Of a DNA stretch of 64,000 bases, positions 30,699 through 39,003 are shown piece after piece. The stretch covers positions 3,616,001-3,680,000 of the forward strand of contig OZ242260.1 of NCBI GenBank assembly GCA_965207065.1, read 5' to 3'. This DNA is from a bacterium. Its GTDB lineage: Bacteria; UBA8248. The notes below the pieces were generated by a model that was not told the origin of the DNA, did no database searches, and saw nothing but the letters and a program-made list of their open reading frames with translations. Within the stretch, counting starts at the first letter, position 1, and each line of letters begins with the position of its first letter. Position numbers and translations under genes: made by a program.

Positions 30699-31175
30699 AT
30701 GGTGGAATCCGTAGACAAGGAAGTGATGGCCAAGCAGGAGCGCCGCGTGAGAGCCAGGCGCTCGGAAGGCTGCCGGGTGGAGTTAAAAGCGCGTAAGCAC
30801 GCCTTCGTCGCCGATGAACCGGCCCAGGGCGGCGGGACCGACACCGGCCCCACGCCGCGCGAACTGGCGCTCGGCGCGCTTTCCGCCTGCATCACGGTCA
30901 TCACGAACAAGGTGGCCGAAGGACTCGACTTCAACGTCATCGCCCAGGAGGTGGAGGTGCGCGGCACGGCCGACCCCCGGGGCGCGAAAGACCCGGACAA
31001 CGGCATCAGCCCCAACTTCGATTACGTAGAGGCGAAAATCCACCTGACCACGGATGAGCCTGACGAGCGGGTGGAGGAACTGAAACGCCAGCATCACGGG
31101 CGCTGCCCCATCTCGGCGCTCTACCGCGAGAGCGGCTGCGAACTGGTGGAGGAGTGGATCGTCAAGCGGCCCTGA
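30699..31175 (+). CDS. OsmC/Ohr family protein
   Basis: DEP..GGG.DTGPTP.EL...LSAC and RCPI cysteine pair. Confidence 0.88.
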   Translation: MVESVDKEVMAKQERRVRARRSEGCRVELKARKHAFVADEPAQGGGTDTGPTPRELALGALSACITVITNKVAEGLDFNVIAQEVEVRGTADPRGAKDPDNGISPNFDYVEAKIHLTTDEPDERVEELKRQHHGRCPISALYRESGCELVEEWIVKRP

Positions 31176-31208
31176 GGGGGGATTTGGCACCCCATCGAGA
31201 GTGATCAT

Positions 31209-31458
31209 CGTCATTCCGGCGAATCGGTGGGGAATAAAATGCCGCTGTTCATACACCCGCACCCGCAAATGGCCAGCTTGTCGGTTGTCACCAGAATTCG
31301 CCGGAATGACGGTAGTGATCACTTCCGAGCGAAGAGGAGTTTCAGCAATTCATGAGGTTCCGAAATCCATGCCACGCGCAGCCTTTATAAGGTTACCTCA
31401 TCAGAACTCCTCGCCGGTGGCCGAGGGAAAATGGATTCCGGCTTTCGCCGGAATGACG
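31209..31458. repeat. CGTC-type palindromic repeats downstream of the GIY-YIG gene
   Basis: CGTCATTCCGGCGAAT 31209-31224 and its inverse 31296-31311; full inverse copy TGGATTCCGGCTTTCGCCGGAATGACG 31432-31458. Confidence 0.9.
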
Positions 31459-31506
31459 AGCCAGGCAAAACCGAGGTCGGGGTAGCGCGAAAAGCCGGAA
31501 GGTATT

Positions 31507-31794
31507 TCAGATAATATCTTCATATAAATCACGCCACGTCGGATTACCCTCTTCGATCAATTCAAGCTTCCATATTCGCCGCCAGCTTTTGATGCTCTTC
31601 TCACGAGTAATCGCGCTCTCCATCGTTTCGTGGCTCTCATACCAAACCAACGTGTGAATGCCGTAACGCTTCGTGAAACTTTCCGCCGAGCCGTTCTTAT
31701 GTTGCCAGATCCTACGGAGAAGGTCGGACGTAACGCCGATATAGAGCGTGCCGCGACGTTCATTGGCGAGAATGTAGACGCAAGGCTGCTTCAT
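31507..31794 (-). CDS. Small stand-alone GIY-YIG nuclease family protein
   Basis: VYIL...GTLYIGVTSDL.RRIWQHK...FTKRY...LVWYE...AITREK.IK.WRR.WK..LIE..NP.W.DL. Confidence 0.93.
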   Translation of the reverse strand: MKQPCVYILANERRGTLYIGVTSDLLRRIWQHKNGSAESFTKRYGIHTLVWYESHETMESAITREKSIKSWRRIWKLELIEEGNPTWRDLYEDII

Positions 31795-31819
31795 TTTTCC
31801 TGTTTTCTTGGTTTTTCAC

Positions 31820-31975
31820 CGTCATTCCGGCGAAAGCCGGAATCCATTCTGACTTTTCGTCCACTCGCGCGTGGATCCTTTTTCCCGCCGTGCGCAGCCT
31901 TTCCCAGGCACTCTCCATCAGGAACCCTCGCCGATGGCCGAGGGAAAATGGATTCCGGCTTTCGCCGGAATGACG
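31820..31975. repeat. CGTC-type palindromic repeat doublet (REPIN-like) upstream of the GIY-YIG gene
   Basis: CGTCATTCCGGCGAAAGCCGGAATCCA 31820-31846 and its exact reverse complement 31949-31975. Confidence 0.93.
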
Positions 31976-32097
31976 AAACTGGCCACTTAGGATCGGGTGC
32001 AATGCGGCAAAATTGGACCGGAAGAGGCGTAGTTTGCCGACGATCCGAGGAGCGCGCGAAGCTCACGACTCCCCGGATGGAGCTGCGCGGGGGAAGA

Positions 32098-32541
32098 CTA
32101 CTCCACCTTCGCTTTCACGTTCTTTGCGAACTCGGAGAAGATCTTGTTCGCCTGGTTCTTGATGACGGTGAAGCCGAGCGAGCCGAGTTTGCCGAATACG
32201 TCAACGCTCGAGTTGATGCGCACCTTCGTCTCGTTCTCGGAGACGGCCTCGAGCGTCACCTCGTTTTTCTGCTTTAGGCTCGCCGCGATTTTCGAGTCCT
32301 TCCCCTCACCCACCGTGCGGATGTACTCGGGCGCGCGGACTTCCTCGATGTTGATCTGAAGCTGAAAGCTCGCCTTCAGGAAACTGACCTTCTGCTCGAC
32401 CCGCACGCCGTAGGTCGTGTCGTCTATTTTCTCCACGTCCTTCACGCCGGGCACGCAGGAGGCGAACTCCTCGACCTGCCAGATGAAGTCCCACACCTTC
32501 TCCCGGGGGGCGGCGACCGTAATCTCCTGATTGAATTCCAT
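32098..32541 (-). CDS. CoxG/SRPBCC family protein
   Basis: VAAPREKVWDF...CVPG...GKLGSLG..VIK pattern, 147 aa. Confidence 0.85.
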   Translation of the reverse strand: MEFNQEITVAAPREKVWDFIWQVEEFASCVPGVKDVEKIDDTTYGVRVEQKVSFLKASFQLQINIEEVRAPEYIRTVGEGKDSKIAASLKQKNEVTLEAVSENETKVRINSSVDVFGKLGSLGFTVIKNQANKIFSEFAKNVKAKVE

Positions 32542-32651
32542 GTTGGATGTCCTTTTTGCTCAATGTGACGCGAAATGATAACCAAACGAAGGTATGATTC
32601 TAGCAATACGGGAACTTTTCCTCCACAGACCCTTGCCTCTCAGGAACGACG

Positions 32652-33335
32652 ATGGCCGCCGAAACTCTCATCCTCTTCGCCAAACCGCCCCTCGCCGGCC
32701 GGGTGAAGACGCGCCTCGCCGAAAGCCTCGGGCGCGAGGGCGCCGCGCGACTTTACGCGTGTTTCCTGCAAGACGCCGCCGAGACGGCGCGCGCGCTCAG
32801 GGATGCGAGGCCGGGCGTCGGCATCGTCTGCGAATGGGCATTGGAGGAGGCTGAATCACTCGATGAATTTCCGCTCCCGGACTGGCTGCCCGGCGCATAT
32901 CTCCACCGCGCGCAAACGGGCGCTGACCTGGGCGCGCGCATGGCGGCGGCATTGGGTCGATGCCTCGCTTTCGGGAGACGCGCCGTGCTCATCGGCACGG
33001 ATTTTCCGGATCTGCCGCATGAGGTTCTGATTACTGCGTTCGAGAATCTGGATAGCGGGGATGACGCCAAGATTACGCTCGGCCCCGCGGCGGACGGGGG
33101 CTACTACCTCGTCGGGATGAACCGGTTCGTCCCGGATATTTTTGCCGGCATCCCCTGGAGCACGGCCGAGGTGTTATCGCGCACGATGGAGAAGGCGCAC
33201 ACGCTCGGAGTCGGGACTTCGCTCCTCCCCGAATGGCACGACGTGGACGATGCGGATGATCTGGAGACCCTTAAAGACCGCCTCGCGAATCGCAGCGCCT
33301 CGCGCGCCCGGCATACGCGGGAATTCCTCTCCTGA
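32652..33335 (+). CDS. DUF2064 / TIGR04282-type glycosyltransferase-like protein (CofC-like fold)
   Basis: FAKPP..GRVKTRL, Q.G.DLGARM, LIGTD.P, LGPA.DGGYYL.G, IPWST, DVDD..DL. Confidence 0.9.
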   Translation: MAAETLILFAKPPLAGRVKTRLAESLGREGAARLYACFLQDAAETARALRDARPGVGIVCEWALEEAESLDEFPLPDWLPGAYLHRAQTGADLGARMAAALGRCLAFGRRAVLIGTDFPDLPHEVLITAFENLDSGDDAKITLGPAADGGYYLVGMNRFVPDIFAGIPWSTAEVLSRTMEKAHTLGVGTSLLPEWHDVDDADDLETLKDRLANRSASRARHTREFLS

Positions 33336-33414
33336 TCCGCATCCTGCGTTTGCGCCGGAATAATTAAAATGAAAAGATTGGCGCTCAAGCCCGCCGAACG
33401 ATGAGGACAGCGCA

Positions 33415-34044
33415 TTGCCGAACCAATCCGTCGTAGAAGCCACCTACACCTATTGCGTCCACTGAGCCTGGTGCCTGATCGCGACCGGGCGGTTGCGAAA
33501 ACTGACCGAACAGGCGGAGGGACGCCTCGCCATCCGCTACCGCGCCTTTCTGCTCTCGCCCGAGCCGGACAATCGTCCGGCCCGCAAGGAGGCCATCATG
33601 GGACACTGGGCGATGGCGAAAAGCCACCCCGGCGGCGAGGAGATAAATCCCGAACTCATGGCGCGCCGCGACTTCCCCTACCCCCATTCCACGCCCGGCG
33701 CGGTCGCCATCAAGGCCTTCGCCGCCCAGATGCCGGAGCGCGAGGGCGCGTACCTCGAAGCCGTGGAGCGAACGCACCTGGTCGAGTGCAGGAACATCGA
33801 CGATGCCGAAGTGCTCGTAGCCGCCGCCGAGCGGCTGGGGGCGGAGCCCGCGATGATGCGCGAAGTCATGGCCGACCCGGATATGAAACAGCGCGTCCGG
33901 GCGGACCACATCGAGGCGGTGAACGCAGGCATACAGTCCACGCCCACGGTCGATTTTTCCGGCAGCTACAGAATCACCGGCGCGCAGCCCATGGAGATTT
34001 TCACAAAAGCCCTGGAGCGCGCCATGGCCGATCTGGACACATAG
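33415..34044 (+). CDS. DsbA/FrnE-like thioredoxin-fold selenoprotein (UxxC; Sec codon TGA 33463-33465)
   Basis: GAGGA RBS then TTG 33415: MPNQSVVEATYTYCVH-U-AWCLIATGRL..., in frame with ORF 33493-34044, which has FLL.PE, GIQSTPT and ITGAQP.E.F motifs; SECIS-like hairpin follows. Confidence 0.88.
33479..33498 (+). promoter_or_regulatory. Putative bacterial SECIS hairpin
   Basis: TCGCGACC-GGGC-GGTTGCGA: 8-bp stem (one G-U), loop starts with G, 13 nt after the UGA. Confidence 0.72.
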
Positions 34045-34051
34045 CGCGGCC

Positions 34052-34969
34052 ATGCGATCAGCCTGGCGGCTCGGAAGGTTCATCGTCATACCGGCGGTGG
34101 TTTTGCTGCTTGCGGGCTGCGAGAACGTCCGCGCCTTATTCACCCCCTGGGAGAACAGGGGGGCCGGATTAACATCAAAACCTATTCAGAAGAAAAAACT
34201 TGAAGACCCGTACTTTTTCCGCGTGCTGACGCTCCCGACCTACGACATGGCGAAGGAGGCGTATGACAAGACGGCCATACTCGGGATTCCCTTCCGCAAG
34301 GTGGCCCGGGAGTTCAAGGAAAAGGCGACCGCCATCCGCATTGCGGAGCCTTCTGAATTCAGCGTCGGCGTCCGGGCCGAGGTGCAGGACTTGAAGCTCG
34401 GGGCGACGTCGAGAATCATCGAGTCGGACGAGGGGTTTTCGATCCTCCAGAAGACGACGAGCGCGCATTACGAGCGCGCCCTAAGGCTCATGGAGAAGAA
34501 AAAAGACGAGGCCGCGCTCAAGCTCATACGCCGCGATCTCGAGATCAACCCCGGAAACGTGAAGGCCTGGCTCGCCCTGGCGAAGATGACGGACGAGGCG
34601 GGGGAGCTCGAGGAAACGCTCGCCGCATACGAGAAGGCCCGCGAACTCGACCCCGGGAACCCGGTCGTCTCCAACAGGTACGCCAGATACCTGGTGTCTC
34701 AATACCGCTACGAGGAAGCCGAGAAAATCCTGAAAGACGCGGAGAAAAAATCGCCCGAGGACGTGGGCGTTCTGGTGAACCTCGCCTCCCTGCTCGTCTA
34801 CCTGAACAAGGAGCCGGACCTCGCCTTTCGCCTCATCGAGCGGGGTTCACGGGTCGACCCCGGCCGCGCGGCCTGGTACCGCCTCTCGGGCGTCATCCGG
34901 AAAAGACGGGAGCTGGGCATCGCGCCGAAAGCGAAAGGGGTGAATCAGGGGGTCAATCGCAACTGGTAA
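34052..34969 (+). CDS. Putative lipoprotein with a degenerate PpiC/parvulin-like segment and TPR repeats
   Basis: Lipobox LLLAGC; F.KVAREF...LKLG.TS.IIES..GF.IL; TPR helices (AWLALA, AYEKARELDP). Confidence 0.7.
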   Translation: MRSAWRLGRFIVIPAVVLLLAGCENVRALFTPWENRGAGLTSKPIQKKKLEDPYFFRVLTLPTYDMAKEAYDKTAILGIPFRKVAREFKEKATAIRIAEPSEFSVGVRAEVQDLKLGATSRIIESDEGFSILQKTTSAHYERALRLMEKKKDEAALKLIRRDLEINPGNVKAWLALAKMTDEAGELEETLAAYEKARELDPGNPVVSNRYARYLVSQYRYEEAEKILKDAEKKSPEDVGVLVNLASLLVYLNKEPDLAFRLIERGSRVDPGRAAWYRLSGVIRKRRELGIAPKAKGVNQGVNRNW

Positions 34970-34973
34970 AAGC

Positions 34974-35665
34974 ACCCCCCTACCCCCCCCTTGTCGGGGC
35001 TGTTGCAGAAGTTCTGCTTTCGAGACCGGGCGTATATATTACCTGCCGAGGAGAAAGAAGAATCACTCCCATCTTGAGGGTCGGGCATCCCGAGGGGGTG
35101 AGTTGATCCAACCTGCCTGAAAGGGTTTGCGGTATTTATTGTAGGGGTCGCATACATGCGACCCGGCCTTTTTCGCCACCCGTCATGGGCCGCATATATG
35201 CGGCCCCTACACCTAATTGAAAATGTCGTAGGGACAGGTCGCGACCTGTCCGACACGCAATGCTTCTTGCAAAGGACAACCCCTCCTTGAAGTTGTCCTG
35301 CCCTTCGTGGTTGTCCTTCGTCAGGACAGGCACGGAGGCCTGCCCCTACAAAAGGCGGAACGGTTTTGTTCGTCATTCCGGCGAAAGCCGGAATCCATTT
35401 GCGGATGCGGATGAATGAACGGCGGGGTTTCCTACCTCGCCGATGCGCGGGAACCCTGACGAAAGGCAAAAGGCGAATATGGATTCCGTCAAACCCTCAC
35501 TCCCCGGTCGGCTCCGACGCCGGGATGACGGTGGGAACCAATTCCGAGCGAGGAAGGAATTCTCAATACCCCCCTGGGTCGATCAGTTCCTCCTTCTTCG
35601 GTCAGCGGACCTTCCCTCTTCGGTCGGCAAACCCTCCTTCCTCAGTCGGGTTTCATCCCTACGCC
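34974..35665. repeat. Intergenic mosaic of palindromic repeats (GTAG-type, CGTC-type and one MITE-like end)
   Basis: GTAG doublet 35141-35166/35187-35210; GTAGGGACAGGTCGCGACCTGTCC 35228-35251; inverse unit 35323-35349; CGTC unit 35371-35397 with interrupted partner 35480-35530; GGGGCTGTTGCAGAA at 34996. Confidence 0.88.
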
Positions 35666-35745
35666 CTTATGCGTCATAATGCCGACGTTCCCGAACCACG
35701 CGAAAAGTTTCACGCCGAATTATAAAATCATGAGAGGGCAACCGC

Positions 35746-37098
35746 ATGAGCGCCGACCTTTTGATCAAGAACGCGAAAATCGTGACGCCCACGGACACCT
35801 ACGAGGGCTGCGTCTACGTGGAGGGGGGGCGGATCTCCGCCATCACCCATAAAGCAGAAGCGGGCGCGGCGCGCGAAATCGACGCCGCGGGCCGCCATCT
35901 CCTGCCGGGCATGGTGGACGAGCACGTGCACATGATGGACCCGGGCTTCACGGACAGGGAAGACTGGACGACGGGCACCGAGGCGGCGGCCCGGGGCGGC
36001 ATCACCACCGTGATCGACCACCACCGGAGCGACCCGCTCGTCTACACGCGCGAGATTCTGGAGGACAAGACCGCCTACATCGACTCGCGCTCTGTGGTGG
36101 ATTTCGGCCAACTCGGCGGCCTCGACGTCGACAACCTCGAACACCTGCGCCCCATGTGGGAGGGCGGCGCGCTGGGCTTCAAGGGCTTCATGTGCGAGCT
36201 GCACGGCGTGCCCGACCTCTCAGAAGGGGTATTGTTGAACATCATGCGCGAGGTCAAATCCTTCGGCGGCACGGTGATGCTGCACTGCGAGAGCGATTCC
36301 ATCCTCAATAAATCGAAAGAGAAGATCGACGCCGATAACCGGACGGACTACATGTGCATCAGCGACTGGCGAAACCCGGAGAGCGAATACGTGGCGACGC
36401 TCGACGCCGTGGCCCTCGCCGAACTCACGGGCTGCACCGTGCTGGTGGCACACGTGAGCCAGCCCGTATTGCTGGAAGCCATCCAGGCGGCGCGCGGACG
36501 CGGGGCGCGGATATTCGCCGAAAGCTGCCCCCAGTATTTCTATCTCGACCACTCGCATCTCGAAGAACTCGGGCCGTTCGTCAAGTTCACGCCCGTCATC
36601 CGCTCCGCCGAGACGCGCGACGGAATGCGCGCCGCGCTCGGGCGCGGCATGGTGGACACCATCGGCACCGACCACTGCCCCTTCCCCCGCCAGCGGAAGG
36701 TGGACGGGCTCGAGAACATCCACGACGCGCCCTTCGGCATACCGGGCGTGGAGACGACGGTGCGCCTGATGCTGAACGCCGTGAGCGAGGGCGTCCTGAC
36801 GCTCAACCAGATGGCACGCATCTGCTGCGAGCAGCCCGCGCGCGTCTTCAGCATCTATCCCCGCAAGGGGTGCATCCAGGTGGGCGCGGATGCGGACTTC
36901 ATCGTCGTGGACATGGACCGGGAAGAGACGCTGCGCGACGCGGACATCGTCTCCAAATGCAAGTGGACGCCTTTCGACGGCTGGACGATGAAGGGCGCGC
37001 CCGTGATGACGCTCGTGCGCGGCGAGGTCGTGATGGAAGACGGCGAGGTGACCGGAAGGGCGGGGTACGGCGAGACCGTCGAGCGCGTGGGGGGTTGA
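35746..37098 (+). CDS. Cyclic amidohydrolase (allantoinase/dihydroorotase family)
   Basis: LPGMVDEHVH, AAARGGITT, FKGFM, HCE, HVS, GTDHCPF, KG.I.VGADAD. Confidence 0.9.
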   Translation: MSADLLIKNAKIVTPTDTYEGCVYVEGGRISAITHKAEAGAAREIDAAGRHLLPGMVDEHVHMMDPGFTDREDWTTGTEAAARGGITTVIDHHRSDPLVYTREILEDKTAYIDSRSVVDFGQLGGLDVDNLEHLRPMWEGGALGFKGFMCELHGVPDLSEGVLLNIMREVKSFGGTVMLHCESDSILNKSKEKIDADNRTDYMCISDWRNPESEYVATLDAVALAELTGCTVLVAHVSQPVLLEAIQAARGRGARIFAESCPQYFYLDHSHLEELGPFVKFTPVIRSAETRDGMRAALGRGMVDTIGTDHCPFPRQRKVDGLENIHDAPFGIPGVETTVRLMLNAVSEGVLTLNQMARICCEQPARVFSIYPRKGCIQVGADADFIVVDMDREETLRDADIVSKCKWTPFDGWTMKGAPVMTLVRGEVVMEDGEVTGRAGYGETVERVGG

Positions 37099-37155
37099 GG
37101 GAGCGTTTGCATCACACGGCGGAATTTCCATCACCGGGCGCAATCCGCCATATCA

Positions 37156-37354
37156 GAGGTTGTTGAAAAATCCTGCGCGCCCCCTCGAATAGAGACTGCA
37201 GGGGCGGCCCCCTGTGGCCGCCCGCCGGCCGTATTCCCCCCGATACAGGAGGGGCGCGTGACCCAAGGACAGGCACGGGGGCCTGTCCCTACTCCTCCCT
37301 CCCCGGTCGGCTCCATACGCCGAATCACGAAATTGGGATTATTTCAACACCCCC
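37156..37354. mobile_element. MITE-like element carrying a GTAG-type repeat doublet, with a 5-bp target-site duplication
   Basis: Ends GAGGTTGTTGAAA / TTTCAACACCCCC; TATCA flanks both sides (37151-37155, 37355-37359); right subterminal AATCACGAAATTGG matches the element at 60156-60437. Confidence 0.7.
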
Positions 37355-37794
37355 TATCAGGCATGCCAGGACAGGTCGCGCCACAAGCAGCGCGCATCCA
37401 GTACCTCAAAAATCTCCCGGACGGGACCTGTATTCGCGGTGCGTCCGGTTCAAATTTCGAGTGAGAAGCAGGCTCGCAATTGACGCCTGAATTTCCGGAA
37501 ATATCGATAAATTCAGATAAATTCACGGGGTTTTTCGATAAATTACCGAGGGGAATTGCGGGGTTCTGCGGGGAGTTGCGGGGGTGGGATGCGCGTAAAT
37601 ACGGGCAAATGCGTGCGCGAAAACCGGTTGTGACGGCCGGATTCCGCCGCCCCCAGGCGCAGGGGAATTCTCCCATGGCCCGCAACACTCTCGATGACGG
37701 CAAATGCGGGCAAATGCGCATTGGCCCAGACGCCGTCAGACGCTCCTGAGTCCGCTCCTGCGAGTGACACGTTTCTTATCATAAGATGTTGATA

Positions 37795-38838
37795 TTACTT
37801 CTGTTTCCTCTCCCAATCCAGGAGTTTTCTCTTGCGCTCCACGCCCCAGCGGTAGCCTGCGAGGCCGCCGTCTCCCCGGATCGCCCGGTGGCAGGGAACG
37901 AGCAGCGCCACCGGATTGCGGGCGCATGCGCTCCCCACCGCCCGCGCGCCTTCGGGTACTCCTAAGTCACCGGCGATATCCTTGTATGTCATTGTTTTTC
38001 CGTGAGGTATGGATCTGAGACGCTCCCATACGCGGCACTGAAACGTGCTGGCGCGCACGTCGAGCGGCAAGGAACCGGAGGCCGGCGCTCCTTCGGCCAA
38101 GCCCACAACGACGTTCAAGTATTCCTTCAACTCATCATCGCTACGACTCAGAATCGCATGGGGATATTCGTTTTTGAGATCGGAGACGAGTTCGCCGACT
38201 CTCTCTCCGATGCTCACGCGGCACACACCCTTTTCAGTAGCCGCCACGAGCAGCCTGCCCAGGTGGCAAGAGGTTACCCCGTAGCGTATCGAAACGCCGG
38301 CCCCGCCCTTCTTATAGGTGGCCGGCGTCATGCCCAGATAGCGCGATGCGCCCTCGTACACCCCCCTGCTCGAGCCGTAACCGGCCTCATAACCGGCGCC
38401 CGCTAGGTCGCGCCCGTTCTTGAGCAACTCCTTGTAATTCTGTGCTTTAAGGGATTCGATATACTGGCGGGGGCTTACGCCCAGGGCCCGCTTGAAGGTG
38501 CGCTGCAAATGGTGAGGACTTGCTCCCACCACCCGCCCCAGCACCGCGAGCGTCGGGTTTTCGTCGGCGTGTTCTTCGATGTAGCGAACGGCTTTTCTCA
38601 CCTTCTCCAGGCGGGGGTCGCAGCCCGCATCCTGCGGAGCGCACCTGAGACAAGGCCTGAACCCGCGGGCTTCCGCCATCTCGGGGAATTCGAAGAACAA
38701 CACGTTGTTTTTCCTGGGCTTTCGGCTCGCGCACGAAGGACGGCAATAAATTCCGGTGGAGCGGACGGCGTATACGAAACGGCCATCCGCTTTTGCGTCG
38801 CGGTCGAGGACGGCTTCCCATCGAGCATTCATTTTCAC
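37795..38838 (-). CDS. ada: Bifunctional transcriptional activator / O6-methylguanine-DNA methyltransferase Ada
   Basis: STGIYCRPSC and GFRPCLRC zinc domain, AraC-type HTH, ARAVG.AC..NP..L.VPCHR. Confidence 0.95.
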   Translation of the reverse strand: MKMNARWEAVLDRDAKADGRFVYAVRSTGIYCRPSCASRKPRKNNVLFFEFPEMAEARGFRPCLRCAPQDAGCDPRLEKVRKAVRYIEEHADENPTLAVLGRVVGASPHHLQRTFKRALGVSPRQYIESLKAQNYKELLKNGRDLAGAGYEAGYGSSRGVYEGASRYLGMTPATYKKGGAGVSIRYGVTSCHLGRLLVAATEKGVCRVSIGERVGELVSDLKNEYPHAILSRSDDELKEYLNVVVGLAEGAPASGSLPLDVRASTFQCRVWERLRSIPHGKTMTYKDIAGDLGVPEGARAVGSACARNPVALLVPCHRAIRGDGGLAGYRWGVERKRKLLDWERKQK

Positions 38839-39003
38839 CTGAGAACCTCCCAAAAGAAATGAACGATTACATATTCATCTATAATGTAATCGCAACGCCG
38901 GGAGTCTTCTACCCGATTCTTGCCGTCAAATCCGATTCTTCATGATTGAAGGACAGAAGCATAACTGACTAATATTCAAATAGATACATAGTTTCCCCCG
39001 GTT

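Noticed and set aside
33463-33465. In-frame TGA as a nonsense mutation (also 59745-59747)
   Set aside because: Both fall exactly on redox-Cys positions and are followed by G-loop hairpins at SECIS distance, so selenocysteine is the simpler explanation.
34945-35725. Short ORFs over repeat regions (also 31201-31485, 31630-32277, 37344-37782, 60056-60574, 63561-63996)
   Set aside because: They are translations of palindromic repeats (recurrent WIPAFAGMT, SFRRKPES, LPLKGGV peptides) with no coding signal.
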